A stretch of DNA of 62,129 nucleotides, the filler included, from Nemertoderma westbladi (lineage: Eukaryota; Animalia; Xenacoelomorpha), in assembly GCA_032718475.1 (NCBI GenBank). It is 3 parts of 3 records of this genome, joined end to end, with 100 filler letters (N's around TTAATTAATTAA, not from the genome) between each part and the next. Parts side by side here need not be neighbours in the genome. Positions count along the whole stretch, not along the records: positions 43,144 to 62,129 come from JAUCBJ010000354.1; 2 more parts are not named here. The stretch is one strand, 5' to 3'. The notes beneath the pieces are model-generated. The model was not told the origin of the DNA and ran no database searches. It saw nothing but the letters and a program-made list of their open reading frames with translations. The position numbers and the translations under genes were made by a program. How positions within the stretch are numbered: the stretch's first letter is position 1; every line of letters starts with the position of its first letter. This document shows positions 50,940 through 62,129 of the stretch, in pieces.

Positions 50940-51306
50940 TGCCAGCTTCCAGACTTTCAATCTTTACTTCCACGCAAACCCCGCAGAGGAAGTTTTGGTT
51001 TGAGAGATCAAGCCCATCGGCAATTGGTGTTTCAATTTCGGTCCAGGAACTCTGACAATGGGAGCATTCAATCTTAGCTGTGGTCCATTCCCGTGGTTTC
51101 GGCTTCCTTTTCTTCGTCCCAATGACAGATTCTTCTGAAGACGTTCGATTTGCTTTCAGTTTATTGTTGGCGTTTGTGTTTTGAAGTTGTATTCGAGTGG
51201 ACAGTCGCGCCGGTTTGGAGGTAACCATACCGACCTGTGATAAGCGTTGGTTTTGTTGAGTGCCGGTATTCATCTTCTTTCCCCTCTTCAATGTCAGATG
51301 TTGCAA
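50940..51306 (-). mobile_element. Probable LINE ORF1 N-terminal fragment with a PHD-like finger
   Basis: IECSHCQSSW...FLCGVC preceded by a basic low-complexity segment. Confidence 0.45.
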
Positions 51307-51734
51307 ATACTGATAACACGAATAACGGTATATATTTAAATACTTGTCAATAGTAATATATATAATTTAGATAACTATTTTATATCTGTACTGTTGAGCA
51401 AACTCTACATAAATTTCAACCTGTGTATCGCCGGTAGTGCTGTTGCTGTGCAAGTGCTGAAGTGCTAGTTGCCACCGGTCACGCGGTCAGCCGGTACCGG
51501 TAGTAGGGTGGTACCATGGCCTACTACACACAGGCCATGACAAGGACTTGCCGTGAAATTAGCGTAGGCTGACTGATGAATTATCAAATATTATATTTTC
51601 CACGAATGCAGGGTCCATATTTAAAAGAAGATGACTAGATTTTCGTAAAGAATTTAATTGAAACAGTATTTAATAATTAATAAATTAATTATCGCTCGAG
51701 TTCCTGCAGCTTTTATTCGTTTGTGGCTGCCTCT

Positions 51735-52511
51735 TAGGGCTCGATCGGAGCTCCGGCCTCCGGCTCCGGCTCCGGCCATTTTGGCACCTCCGGCTCCTGC
51801 TCCGGCTCCGGTGAAAATATTGCCGGAGTTAATTTTTTAATAAAGTATTATATTTTGTGCATATTCTAATCTGAACAATTATTTACACTATAAGTAAAAG
51901 TAAGTACCGGTACTGTAGTACAGCTTCAATATCAAGCACAATACTTGTATTTGCTTAAAGACAATGACTGACTGACTGTACTGCAGTACTGGTACTGGCC
52001 AGCTGGCTGACTACAGGACTAGCAGACTATTACATATAGGCCCTACTGTAAAAAATTGTAAATGCTATGATTGTATACTGTAGCTGTACCACTGCAGCCA
52101 TTTACTGCTGTCATGCCAGCATACTGTCAGACTGTACTGCAGTACTGGTACACGTACGGTAGGCTACCTACTGTACACACTTCTACCACAGTTGCAGTTA
52201 GACAGTTAGTGAGTTAGGTACTGTAGGTAATTTTTAGCCGTCAGCGTCAGGCCGTCTGTCCGTGATAAATTAATTACTTAAATTTTAAATTGAAAATTCG
52301 TAAATCTATAAATTATGAAATTAATTAGACCTACAGTATGATTGATTATGAGCGATTGGCGAACGATAACCATACTTTATTTTTTTTTAAATAAATATTT
52401 AAATTTTCAAAATTTTTGAAAAACTCCGGCTCCTGCTCCGGCTCCGGCCAAATTGTTCAACTCCGGCTCCTGCTCCGGCTCCGGCCAAATCCCAACTCCG
52501 ATCGAGCCCTA
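51735..52511. mobile_element. hAT-type MITE, 8-bp TSD CTGCCTCT
   Basis: TIR TAGGGCTCGATCGGAG / CTCCGATCGAGCCCTA; TSD at 51727-51734 and 52512-52519; subterminal (CTCCGG)n. Confidence 0.9.
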
Positions 52512-52816
52512 CTGCCTCTGGCTATGTTTGTGGCAGGAATGTTTGAACGCTAATAAGTCGGTCAATAATTATAATAAGTCGGCTGTAATTATAGAACCAA
52601 CGATCAGATTCATCTGAAATTTAGTAGTAGTTACCTAAGAGCATTGCTTAATTAGAAATTCTACAGAGACTTTTACAGTTCCTGTCTGCCGCTAGTGGGG
52701 AATTGTTAGAGCTCCAGTTCAACGTGCTTAGCACGGTTTAATAAACAATCAATTAATTTATTTATTCAATACAGTAATTATAACAGTAAAATGCAATGTA
52801 TTCTATTTTTTAGTGA

Positions 52817-53343
52817 AATCAAGAGATAGGAGGGGGGGGGGGGGGGGGGGAGACTGGACGCAAATCCCATCTTGGCGAATTAATATCCCGCCTCAAGGTT
52901 ATCGTTCATATGCGTACCTCTGGCAAAAGAAGCAGGTTACAGTGGTGGTATTTTCTAACCAAAACAATAAACTAATCTCCATTACTTAATTAACGGAAAG
53001 GAGCAGGTTACAGTGGTGGGCTTTTCTAACCAAAACAATAAACAATATCTCAATAACATAGGGTATTTCATACTTATAGTCTTATTTTTGCAATACGAAA
53101 ATACCAGAGGTACGCATATGAACTATAACTCGCCTCAATATTAATTTCTCAATTTTGGGAAAGGAGCAGGTTACAGTGGCACGTTATTTTAACCAAAACA
53201 ATAAAGTAAACACAATAGAACAGGTTACAGTTTTATTTTTGAGAGTAATCAGCTGTTGTTATTTGCGTCCAATTTCCCCTGGAGAGGGATGAATTTTTAT
53301 TGCGTCCAGCCCCCCCCCCCCCCCCCCCCCCCTATCTTGAAAT
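52817..53343. mobile_element. MITE with poly-G/C-containing TIRs and internal tandem aggagcaggttacag units
   Basis: tcaagagatagg(G)n..ctggacgcaa versus ttgcgtccag(C)n tatcttga. Confidence 0.65.
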
Positions 53344-53459
53344 CAAATACCAAAAATAAATTTATTATATGAACAATCTATTTGGAAATTGTAAGTACGG
53401 CCTATATCTTTACCATAAGCTCAGTATCTTTATCTGGTGTGTTTTTATTATTTTACCAA

Positions 53460-56400
53460 TTATTTAATATGTTTGATAGAATTGAACAACACCGCCCAAC
53501 ACAACCAACTCTCTATCCGCCTCGAGCATCGAGAATACGAGAAACTCGATCGAAATACCTGCTTATCCCAGTAGTATCCGTCCGTAGTCAACGGACCGCT
53601 GCGGTTTACTCCCGTAGAACAGTAGAATTCCCGCAGCTTCCGACCCAATTCGACAACGAATTCGCTTCACACTTTCGCGTCACAGAGAACGTAATCCAGT
53701 GCGATAACGTCTGCCCAACGTTCAACCATTTCCCCCAGGCGATCCCAGGATCCGGGCCGCCGCTAAACCCAGATCGCAATCCTCGTCGATTCGTCCAGTC
53801 GTCGACGTATGTCAGTAAGTGGGACTCTTCCCACCGCACTCCAAGGTGGGTGACCGGAGTGAGGCATGAGGAACTTGGCAGTGGCCCGCATTACGATCTG
53901 ACAGTCAGGGAGATCATCAAATTTGAGAATACCTCAAATTTCAAATTATAGACCCAATTTTGGAATTACCTCAATTTTAATACAAGGTTAGGTTAATTCT
54001 CTAAATTTGAGTTATACCCCAAATTTGAATTTCATAGCAGCATAGTCAGATACAGACAGAAGTCATAGTTGCCCTAGTTCAGTAGTTGTTAGCTTGTTAC
54101 TGTATTGCAAAGGTAAAAAAATAAACTGATGTAGGCCTAGGGTAGTGTCTGAGTGTTGTGAAATTTAATATTTAAAATTAAAACATATTCAGTATTAGTT
54201 TAAAAAGGCTTATACATAAAAAGGCTACTGGTAGGGGTGCAGTGGGGTGGCTGATTAGATGGTAGACATATAAAACGAAGTACAGAGCTTAAAGAACTTA
54301 TATTTTTATATTGTTACTTTTTTTGCTTGAATATGCCCTAAAATCGGGAGAAAAAGTAGTAGGCCTACTTTTTTTCCCCACTAGTAGGGAAAAAGTTGTC
54401 CCCGTAATATCTGAATATTGTAACTTTTTGTTGGGCACAGCTTTTGCAAAGTCGGCAACACAGCAACCTGCAATAATATTGAATAATATTGCCACATAAT
54501 AATGCACCACAGAGCCATAATTTTGCATTGATTTTACTTTTTCTCCCGGTAAAAAAAGTAAAATAAAACATTGGCACTTGTGTCAAATAGGGCTGTAGGA
54601 GACCCTCCTAGCTCCTATTCTGCTAATCCTGAAATCACCAAAACTAAAGTCACTTTCACTGGTGTCCGGTTACAGGGTTAGCAAAGGAGCAGGTTACAGA
54701 GGTGAGTTGAAAGTAACCAAAAAACAATAAACAAGAGTAAGGAATATTGATATCACCTGCACTAAATTTCAGCATTAGCTGGTGATTTCAGGATTAGCAG
54801 ATTAGGAGGGTCACCTATTTGATTTGACACAAGTGCCAAAATATTTTTGGTGGAATTTCTAAAATTTCATTGAAAGTGTTGATCAAAATTTTTGATCGAA
54901 ATGTATATGTACAATCATTTCGTAATGTTAAAATTTTGGAATAAAAAGCAAAATCCATCCCTACACACTATCGACTATTGCAATGCAACTTTAGTGCCTG
55001 CAAGGTTTACTCCAGAAATGAGATAAAGCCTCGAGAATAGGTTGGTGAAAAAGGTTATACTTTTTGCCCAAGTTATAAATGATTCTGGTTCCTCATAAGG
55101 TCAATTTATAAGGATTTATGTATGTATAGTAGGCCTATAAACAAACAGTCACTTAGATTTCTAAAACATTTCAGATGTCTTGATAAGAAAGCAGAGTCTA
55201 AAGACTGTTTAAAAGACTAGCGATTAGTGATGAGATGATGATGTTTCTACTGTGTTCCAGGTCCAGCATGTTCCATATGTTAATGACCCTGATAAAGAAG
55301 AGGTGATGTATGGAAAAAGCAGACCCAGACATGGCAGCATGGGCAGATGGGCGGGGCTTGGCCTTTGCTTCATAATTTTATATATATGGCCAGGTCATGA
55401 TTGCATTGGATGTCTGGGTGGGATATTATGTTGCACATTGTTGTAATGGAGGATCAGGTTTAGATCTTTACATATAAGTTTAAAGCACATTATCAAATTG
55501 AACTTTAATTGATGTATTATTGTATACTGCAGTAGGTGGTGGTTCCAACTTTAGAGTCTCCAGTTGCCAGTCATATAGAATAACTAACAAAAGAATCAAG
55601 TCCACATATATTGTATAAACCACGTCAACCTGTCAACCTTTGCGGCAACATTTGTCTGTGCTCCAAACTGATGGTACAGTATTCCAATTGACAGATAGAG
55701 CTAGGACAGGCGAATATTACATAAGTCTTCAGGCTATCAGGAGAGGAATGGCTTCATTTGATATACAAAGTGTTAAAGAGGACATCAACAACCAGAAAAC
55801 ATATTTTTTTCCGAAGATGTGTGATATGAATGATGAACAGAACAGATGAGTGCCAGAATATGTAAACTTCCAAATTCTGGAATTGATTCAACATCCACAA
55901 GATATAGTAGGTCTTCCTGAGTCTGTGACTGTGCAGCTGTGTGAGCTTGAATCTCGCAACAGTGAGGATTTGGTCTACTGTTCTTCTTACCAACAGTAAG
56001 GCTGTAAGGATAGAGTCTCTAGTCTTCTGCATTTTTCTCACCAATCACTAACGGAGTTAACAATCATTAAAGTTATTGACTGTAAGTTACTGTGCTGTAA
56101 GGTTAAGCCTACCCTGCATACATGTCATGTCACAGGTTACACTGGTCACCCATTCTCACCAAGCTCTATAAGCACTAAGCAGCAAAGCCTACTGCTACAC
56201 CCTACTGCTGACAGGCTGGTGATGTTGTAAAGGCTGGCGAAATTTGAGGTTTTGTCTCAAATTTGAGGTTTAACCTCAAATTTCAATTTTCGCCCCCAAT
56301 AAAAGCATGTTTGCATCGGTGAAATATTTTATTGCATCGATAAAAGTTCTTATTTTACATTATATTTTAACATATTAAAAGTAGAAGTTGCTCCAATAGT

Positions 56401-56730
56401 TTCCCTAAGTCGCAGCAACACTCGATATTATGAGCCTAAAAATACCTCAAATTTGAACAAAAAACCCCAATTTTCGACAGTCTATTACCAGAATTCGAAA
56501 TTTGGGGTAACCCCAAAATTGATGATCTCCCTGACTGTCTGACTGACCGCCGTATTCCCAGTGTCTGAGTGTAGTAAATACCCAAATAGAATCGTACTGA
56601 CAAACAAGCAATTCCGTAGTATTCCCCCGTTAATCACCTCTTGAAGCAACTCGGCTGCTCGGGTCCAGATACATCGGACTGTCGGGGGCGTTTCAGACAG
56701 TAATGGAGCGGCATTTGCGAATATTTCCAA
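53460..56730 (-). pseudogene. Unidentified coding sequence split by a TIR transposon, with two nonsense codons
   Basis: Removing 53902-56537 and one TSD joins ...NTAVSQ to IVMRATAKFLMPHSGHPPW... in frame. Both flanks are GC-richer than their surroundings. Confidence 0.5.
53902..56537. mobile_element. 2.6-kb TIR DNA transposon with a 5-bp TSD TCTGA
   Basis: TIR CAGTCAGGGAGATCATCAA at both ends; TCTGA at 53897-53901 and 56538-56542; subterminal cctcaaattt repeats; nested inverted-repeat MITE at ~54570-54840. Confidence 0.85.
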
Positions 56731-59091
56731 TGGTTTTATAATAAATAAGGGGATTCAACAGTTCAATGCTAAAACAAATGGATTATTCCTAACCCCACCC
56801 CAATACAGCAATATACCTAACAGTATATAGCTTTGCAGGATTCTCGATTCAGGGATTGAGTACAGCCTGACAGTACCGGTACACATGGTAGGCCTACATG
56901 CAGAATTGCAAAATTTGTCAGAAAACCCAGCTGATTTATCCTACAGTAATAATAATTTAACGCATTTTAAATTTGGATAAACAAATGTATTATAACTGCA
57001 ATAACAGTTACACTGATGCTGCACGAAGGCCCCACTCAAATTCTACTTGGAAAATTTTCAAACTTTTGCCAAACAACATGTGTACCAAGTTTGGATAGAT
57101 TTCATCAAGGATTGGCCGAGTTATTAACGTTTAAAATAAAATACTGAAAAAAAACGCGACAGAACGACAGAACGACAGAACGACAGGTTGATTAATGGTA
57201 CCACTACGCTAAGGCTCACTCACTTCGTGGCTCGCCCCACAGATATTAGAACATCAGCCGGTCAGCCATAGGCAGATAGGGTAAATTTGATCAGCCTGAC
57301 AAATACTGAAGTCAGGAAGTATGACAATCAGACAAAGATACAGTGCAGCAGTGTACATGACTGCATTACACAGGACAGTGACACATGATACAGTGTAGTA
57401 TATAGTAGGCCATGGTCTGATGGTTGTACACTGAAAGTGATCAGCCAACTGCCTACATCAGTACATAATATGCAGTAATTTATAAACTTTCAGTTTTAGG
57501 GGTGATTGTTAGTTTGATTTGCATTACTGTATTAAGAGGCCGATGCATACATACACCATGTCCTGGAAAACCAAATTCACTTACTTTTACATTTTTAGAA
57601 GAATCCTTGCACGGCCAGCTTTTCACTGCAACAAACAAATCACTACAGTATAAGGTCTAAAAAATAACCGAAAGACGAAAGTGCGAGTGGTGCAATTTCG
57701 ACTGAATTACCTTTTTCAAACGCTAGTAGCTAAATAATGAAAGCACAAATAAATATTGTGGCTCAGCCGCCACCTAGAAGTTGTTAGATGAAACTTTCTC
57801 TATTTATAATTTCATGAAATGTAATTATGATTTGTAGAAATATTTGGGTGGGTCCATGTACCAGAATAACAACACGACTACAACCCAGGACATGGATATT
57901 TCCCGTATATTCGATTCTAAAACTTTTTGCGCAGCTGGGGTACGGGTAAGACTTACATGCGCAGAGTTATGCTGTACAATTTTTACTATTTATTAAAATA
58001 ATAAATCAAGTAGTTTGTAATTAGGTTCGTTGCTCGAACCACACCTACAGTACTGCCGTTTTGTTTCCACATCCATGCGTTTAACAATATACTGTAATTA
58101 CAGATGTTCATCTTAGAAGTTTCGACTCAATGAGCCTCGTACAGACAAAACGAGAGGTACTAACTGTAGAGGACTTATATGTACGGTATGACTTTTATGT
58201 ACAGTAGAGGGCAGTGAGGTTCCTTAAATCCTCTATCAATACATCAATCGCATACAAAACACGAGCGTGGGAAACGCCGTAAATACGAGGTGATGATAAC
58301 CGATATAGTATATCATTCGGGGGATGGAATTTATAGGCCATCTAATTAATTGTTTAAAGATTAGCAAACAATACAATGTAATTGCATTGATAAAATCCAT
58401 AAATAAAACTTGGATACAAAATGTAAATAATGCAAAGATATTATTGTGCAACCAATAATTTACTCGTTTAGACGAATTTGTGCGTTTTTTTTGCCCGAAC
58501 TAACAAATTTTGGCGACGTTCTGTGTGAGATTGGCGATATTCGAAAAAGATTCTGAGGCTAAAATATGTGGTTCATATGACTGAATATCCCAAATAAAAA
58601 AGTTGGTGCATACTCGACGAGTTTAAATCGGTGAAATTCGACTTTAAATTTTCAAAACCGCTATTTTTCTGTGACCCCTTGGTCGAAACACCACAAAAAA
58701 TATAGACTTTTGCGCATACAAAATTCATATAGAGTTTGCTTTTCAGATTTTTGCGTACCAGCTTGAGTTTTTGAGATATTGAATGGTATACATAATGTAC
58801 ATACTGTACATATACGTACATACATAACCAACCACATCGTGTTTTTGAACGGCTCAACTCTTGACAAGTACCCTGGCCTATTAATAGGCAGGTTTGAAAT
58901 AAATCCAACATTGGGTTAATGTTAGAATAACATTAGAAGGTTAAGGGTGGGAAATTCACTAACTATTAGATTTCCAATGTTAAAATAACACTGATTAATA
59001 TTTGTTACCGAATACTGCCGAAAGTGCACTTTTAATATTTTATTATATAAATAAAGATGTTAAAAAACATTTTTTTAATGTTGCTATGGTT

Positions 59092-60965
59092 TGCAGGGGG
59101 TGGAGGGAATGCTGGCGCGTAAGTTGTAAACCTAAGGTTTCCAATCTTACATGATAACGAAGCTGAAGGCTACCATGGCAACATACCAAGGCAACCCCCA
59201 CCTACACGTTTGAGCCAAGGCCAAACTGGCCCCCCACGTATTTTCCTGAAAGGGTAATTTGTTTTGGGCCCCGCTCGCATCTATTTATTTCATTCTATCA
59301 TTACCTTCTACTGTATGACAAAAATAATACAAATGTACTGTATATTGTATTTTTTCGATAATTGCGTTAATTGCACTTTTATTAAGCTACATATATTCCT
59401 GCTGTTGATACCGCTACAAATTGGTGACCCGGACGACTACTGAACACAACGAAACCGACGCAAGTAATATATTACAACAAGAACTTAGCAACATGTCCGA
59501 CAATGAAACTCCAACACCAGCAGTTAACGCCGTAAGTATTAAAATTCCACCCTTTTGGAGTGACGATCCTGAACTTTGGTTCCTTCAAGTGGAGGCACAA
59601 TTTCGAGAAAGACAAGTAACAGTCCAACAAACGCGATTTGACCACATCGTCGCTGCATTATCTCCCGATGTAGCGCGGTACATCAGAGATGTTATTAAAA
59701 ATCCACCGAAACCGAATCCATATGAAGGTTTGAAAACCGCATTAATTGAAAGGTTCGCCCCAACACGCCACCATAAGAGCTTCAAAAACTGCTTTCAGCA
59801 GAGCACCTTGGTGACAGAAAACCGTCGCAGATGCTACGTGATATGGAAAAGCAACTAGGCGACACAACCTCTGATGAACTATTACGTGAGCTCTTTCTCA
59901 ATCGACTACCGAAAGATATGCGATTAGTATTATTGGCCTCTAAAATGCCCCTTGGCGAACTTGCCTTAATAGCTGACGATATTATTGATGGGTGCACTGT
60001 GTCAAACCCCCATCAAGATTCAGTCTCCTCAACCGACTACGACATTGGCAGAAACGAACAAGCGACCACAAATTTAAACGCCACGTTTAGTAGACCAACT
60101 TCATGGACTGGGCCACCTGGACAGAAACCAAGGATGTTCACAAGGACCAATAATAACGCGCGTCAACCAGAATATTGTTGGTATCATCAGCGCTTTGGGA
60201 AAAACGCCAAAAACTGCACACCTCCATGCGCTGCGGCACTCCCGAATACACAGGGAAACGCGAGGGCCAGCAGCAAATAAATGCGGCAACGTCTGCTGGC
60301 CGATGCAGCCGCTTGTTCTACGTAATAGATAAGCGATCAGGATACCGGTTTCTTGTAGACTCTGGTTCGGCCGTTAGTGTCCTACCTGCAAAATATGCCG
60401 ATAAACTACTCACCAAAGAGGATACCTCTACACCACAACTTGTTGCTGCTAATGGAACAACCATTGATACATATGGCAACAAAACCCTAACACTCAATTT
60501 AGGGTTACCGCAACGATTAACTTGGAAATTTGTTATCGCCAATGTGTCACAACCAATATTGGGCGCAGATTTTTTTAGTAATTTCGGACTGCTCATCGAT
60601 TTGAGACATTCTAGCCTCATAGATGCAAAGACTTACACCCACGTTCCCGGTAAAATATCGCATTCGATAAAGGCACCTGGGTTAAGCTTCATCTGCGATT
60701 CTAATGAATTCAATGAATTACTCTTAGAATTCCCTTCATTAACAGAAATGACATTTCGTGAATCAAAGCTAAGACATGACGTTGAACACCACATAGAGAC
60801 TGTAGGAGCACCCATTCACAGCAAACCAAGACGCCTATCACCAGAGAAACTTTCAGTCGCCAAGGAAGAATTCCAACAGATGTGTAATCTAGGCATTATA
60901 CGCCCTTCATCTAGTCAATGGTCATCACCGTTGCACATGACCCCCAAACAAAAACCTGGTGAATG
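59092..60965 (+). mobile_element. Ty3/Gypsy LTR retrotransposon 5' part (LTR, PBS, gag, protease, RT start), truncated
   Basis: The LTR ends ...ccgctaCA at 59418 (start uncertain). PBS TGGTGACCCGGACG (tRNA-Trp-like). Gag KIPPFWSDDPELWFLQVEAQF and CWYHQRFG..A..C..PC, protease FLVDSGSAVS, RT start SSQWSSPLHM. Confidence 0.92.
60253..60312 (+). promoter_or_regulatory. -1 programmed ribosomal frameshift signal (gag-pol)
   Basis: G GGA AAC heptamer in the gag frame, 5-nt spacer, 9-bp stem GGCCAGCAG/CTGCTGGCC; loop GCGGC can pair with downstream GCCGC; pol is in the -1 frame. Confidence 0.8.
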
Positions 60966-62017
60966 GCTACTCGTCATTTGGACTGTGATACCGTCGGATT
61001 TCTTTGGCGCATGAAAGGAGTACCATCCATCACCCACTCAGTTCGGTTCTTGGCGGGATCACTTAGTAAAGTCGAAAGCCGCAAATTAGAGATTGAGTAT
61101 CGGAAGGCCCTTCGGAGTCTCTTACTGGTCGGCCCCTACGTTAACAACCAGATCATTTACAATCTACTTGGATGCCGCCCTCTACACAATGAGGTATACA
61201 AACAGTGCATAGGTACCATACTAAAGAGTCGCTAGCTGCCCAGTCCCATTCTTACAATCACTTATCAAATCAGCCTCGCGGTTCAATAGCTGCTCGAACA
61301 CAAACTATGTAGGCTTGACTTCTGCATACGCGAAATGCAGAAGCAATTACCCAATGCCCAGTCTGCACAGTCTACTCACCTATACCTACTGTAAACGTTC
61401 CCTCTTTAACCGTGCTAAGACTGAACCACTAACAATCAGTGAAACTGTTGGGATGAACTTCATTAAAAACTGCTACAGCAACAGTAACTGCGGAAGTTTC
61501 ATATCTAAGCATAAACGTATCCTGTCTTATTTTAATGTCGTTTGAACATCTGTCCGATGCCTGTTTGCGTGTTGTGCTGCAAATATATTTTATTGATTCA
61601 ATCATCCCGAGACCGTCAATGATTATTACGGACCATATTATTTACCTTATATTACCCATATTGATCTGATTTTATTCGTGCTGTGCACATTTTATCTTCT
61701 TATAACAATGTGTGTGTACCCGTACCGGTATACTAACTGCCTCAGTTTTCACCAAAAACACAACTTGATCCTAAGATACTTTGATACTTTAACATTGCAG
61801 AATAGATCATATTATGGTGCATTTTAATTTATATAAATTTTTACTATAGTGCTGTGCTGTGCACATTTTATTTAATGGGCTACTTTCTGTGTAGATAATC
61901 TGTGTAGATATACTTTCTGTGTCGATATCTGTCATTTGTGTTTGCGCCATATTTTTAAACTTTTATTGTCGGCAAGTCCGAATTTAAATAAATAATAATA
62001 AATAAATAAATAAATAA
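60966..62017 (+). mobile_element. 5'-truncated LINE (relative of the 33319-34900 family) abutting the truncated Gypsy pol
   Basis: YRKALRSLLLVGPYVNN...CIGTIL and KRILSYF align with ORF 33590-34501; an (AAAT)n tail lies at ~61985-62017. Confidence 0.75.
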
Positions 62018-62129
62018 TTGTACTACGGTTCCTATTGTATTGTATATTTTATCTACTGTACCTACTGTAGTACTATCTATCCATCGCGCGTCCCCTATCT
62101 GATGATTTGTGTCAAATTAAATTGCCTTT

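Overview
This is AT-rich, repeat-dense DNA from an invertebrate animal. It comprises three contigs joined by artificial 100-bp N-TTAATTAATTAA-N linkers (18697-18796, 43044-43143). Host genes: (i) a 9-exon DEG/ENaC (ASIC-like) channel on the minus strand (about 18613-6803, 471 aa, splice phases consistent throughout); (ii) the 5' three exons of a RABGAP1/GAPCenA-like gene (minus, 46971-43882); (iii) an isolated GLI/GLIS-type zinc-finger exon (plus, 40196-40322). The centre is a 13.6-kb block with four LTRs (19716-33313). It resolves into an RT-less BEL/Pao-type element (TSD AAACG) carrying a sister element nested in its gag (TSD GCCGC/ACCGC). These elements have no tRNA primer-binding site; instead the sequence after the 5' LTR is complementary to a 10-nt motif inside the LTR, which suggests self-priming. 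Their long 3' UTRs are arrays of short GC-rich hairpins separated by low-complexity linkers. The remainder is decayed LINEs (RTE, L2/CR1, CRE-like), a tRNA-derived SINE, a truncated Gypsy with a clear -1 frameshift signal, and many MITE/TIR elements (Kolobok-like foldback, piggyBac-like, hAT-like, one with a 5-bp TSD). All alignments, counts and family assignments were made by eye, with no database searches.
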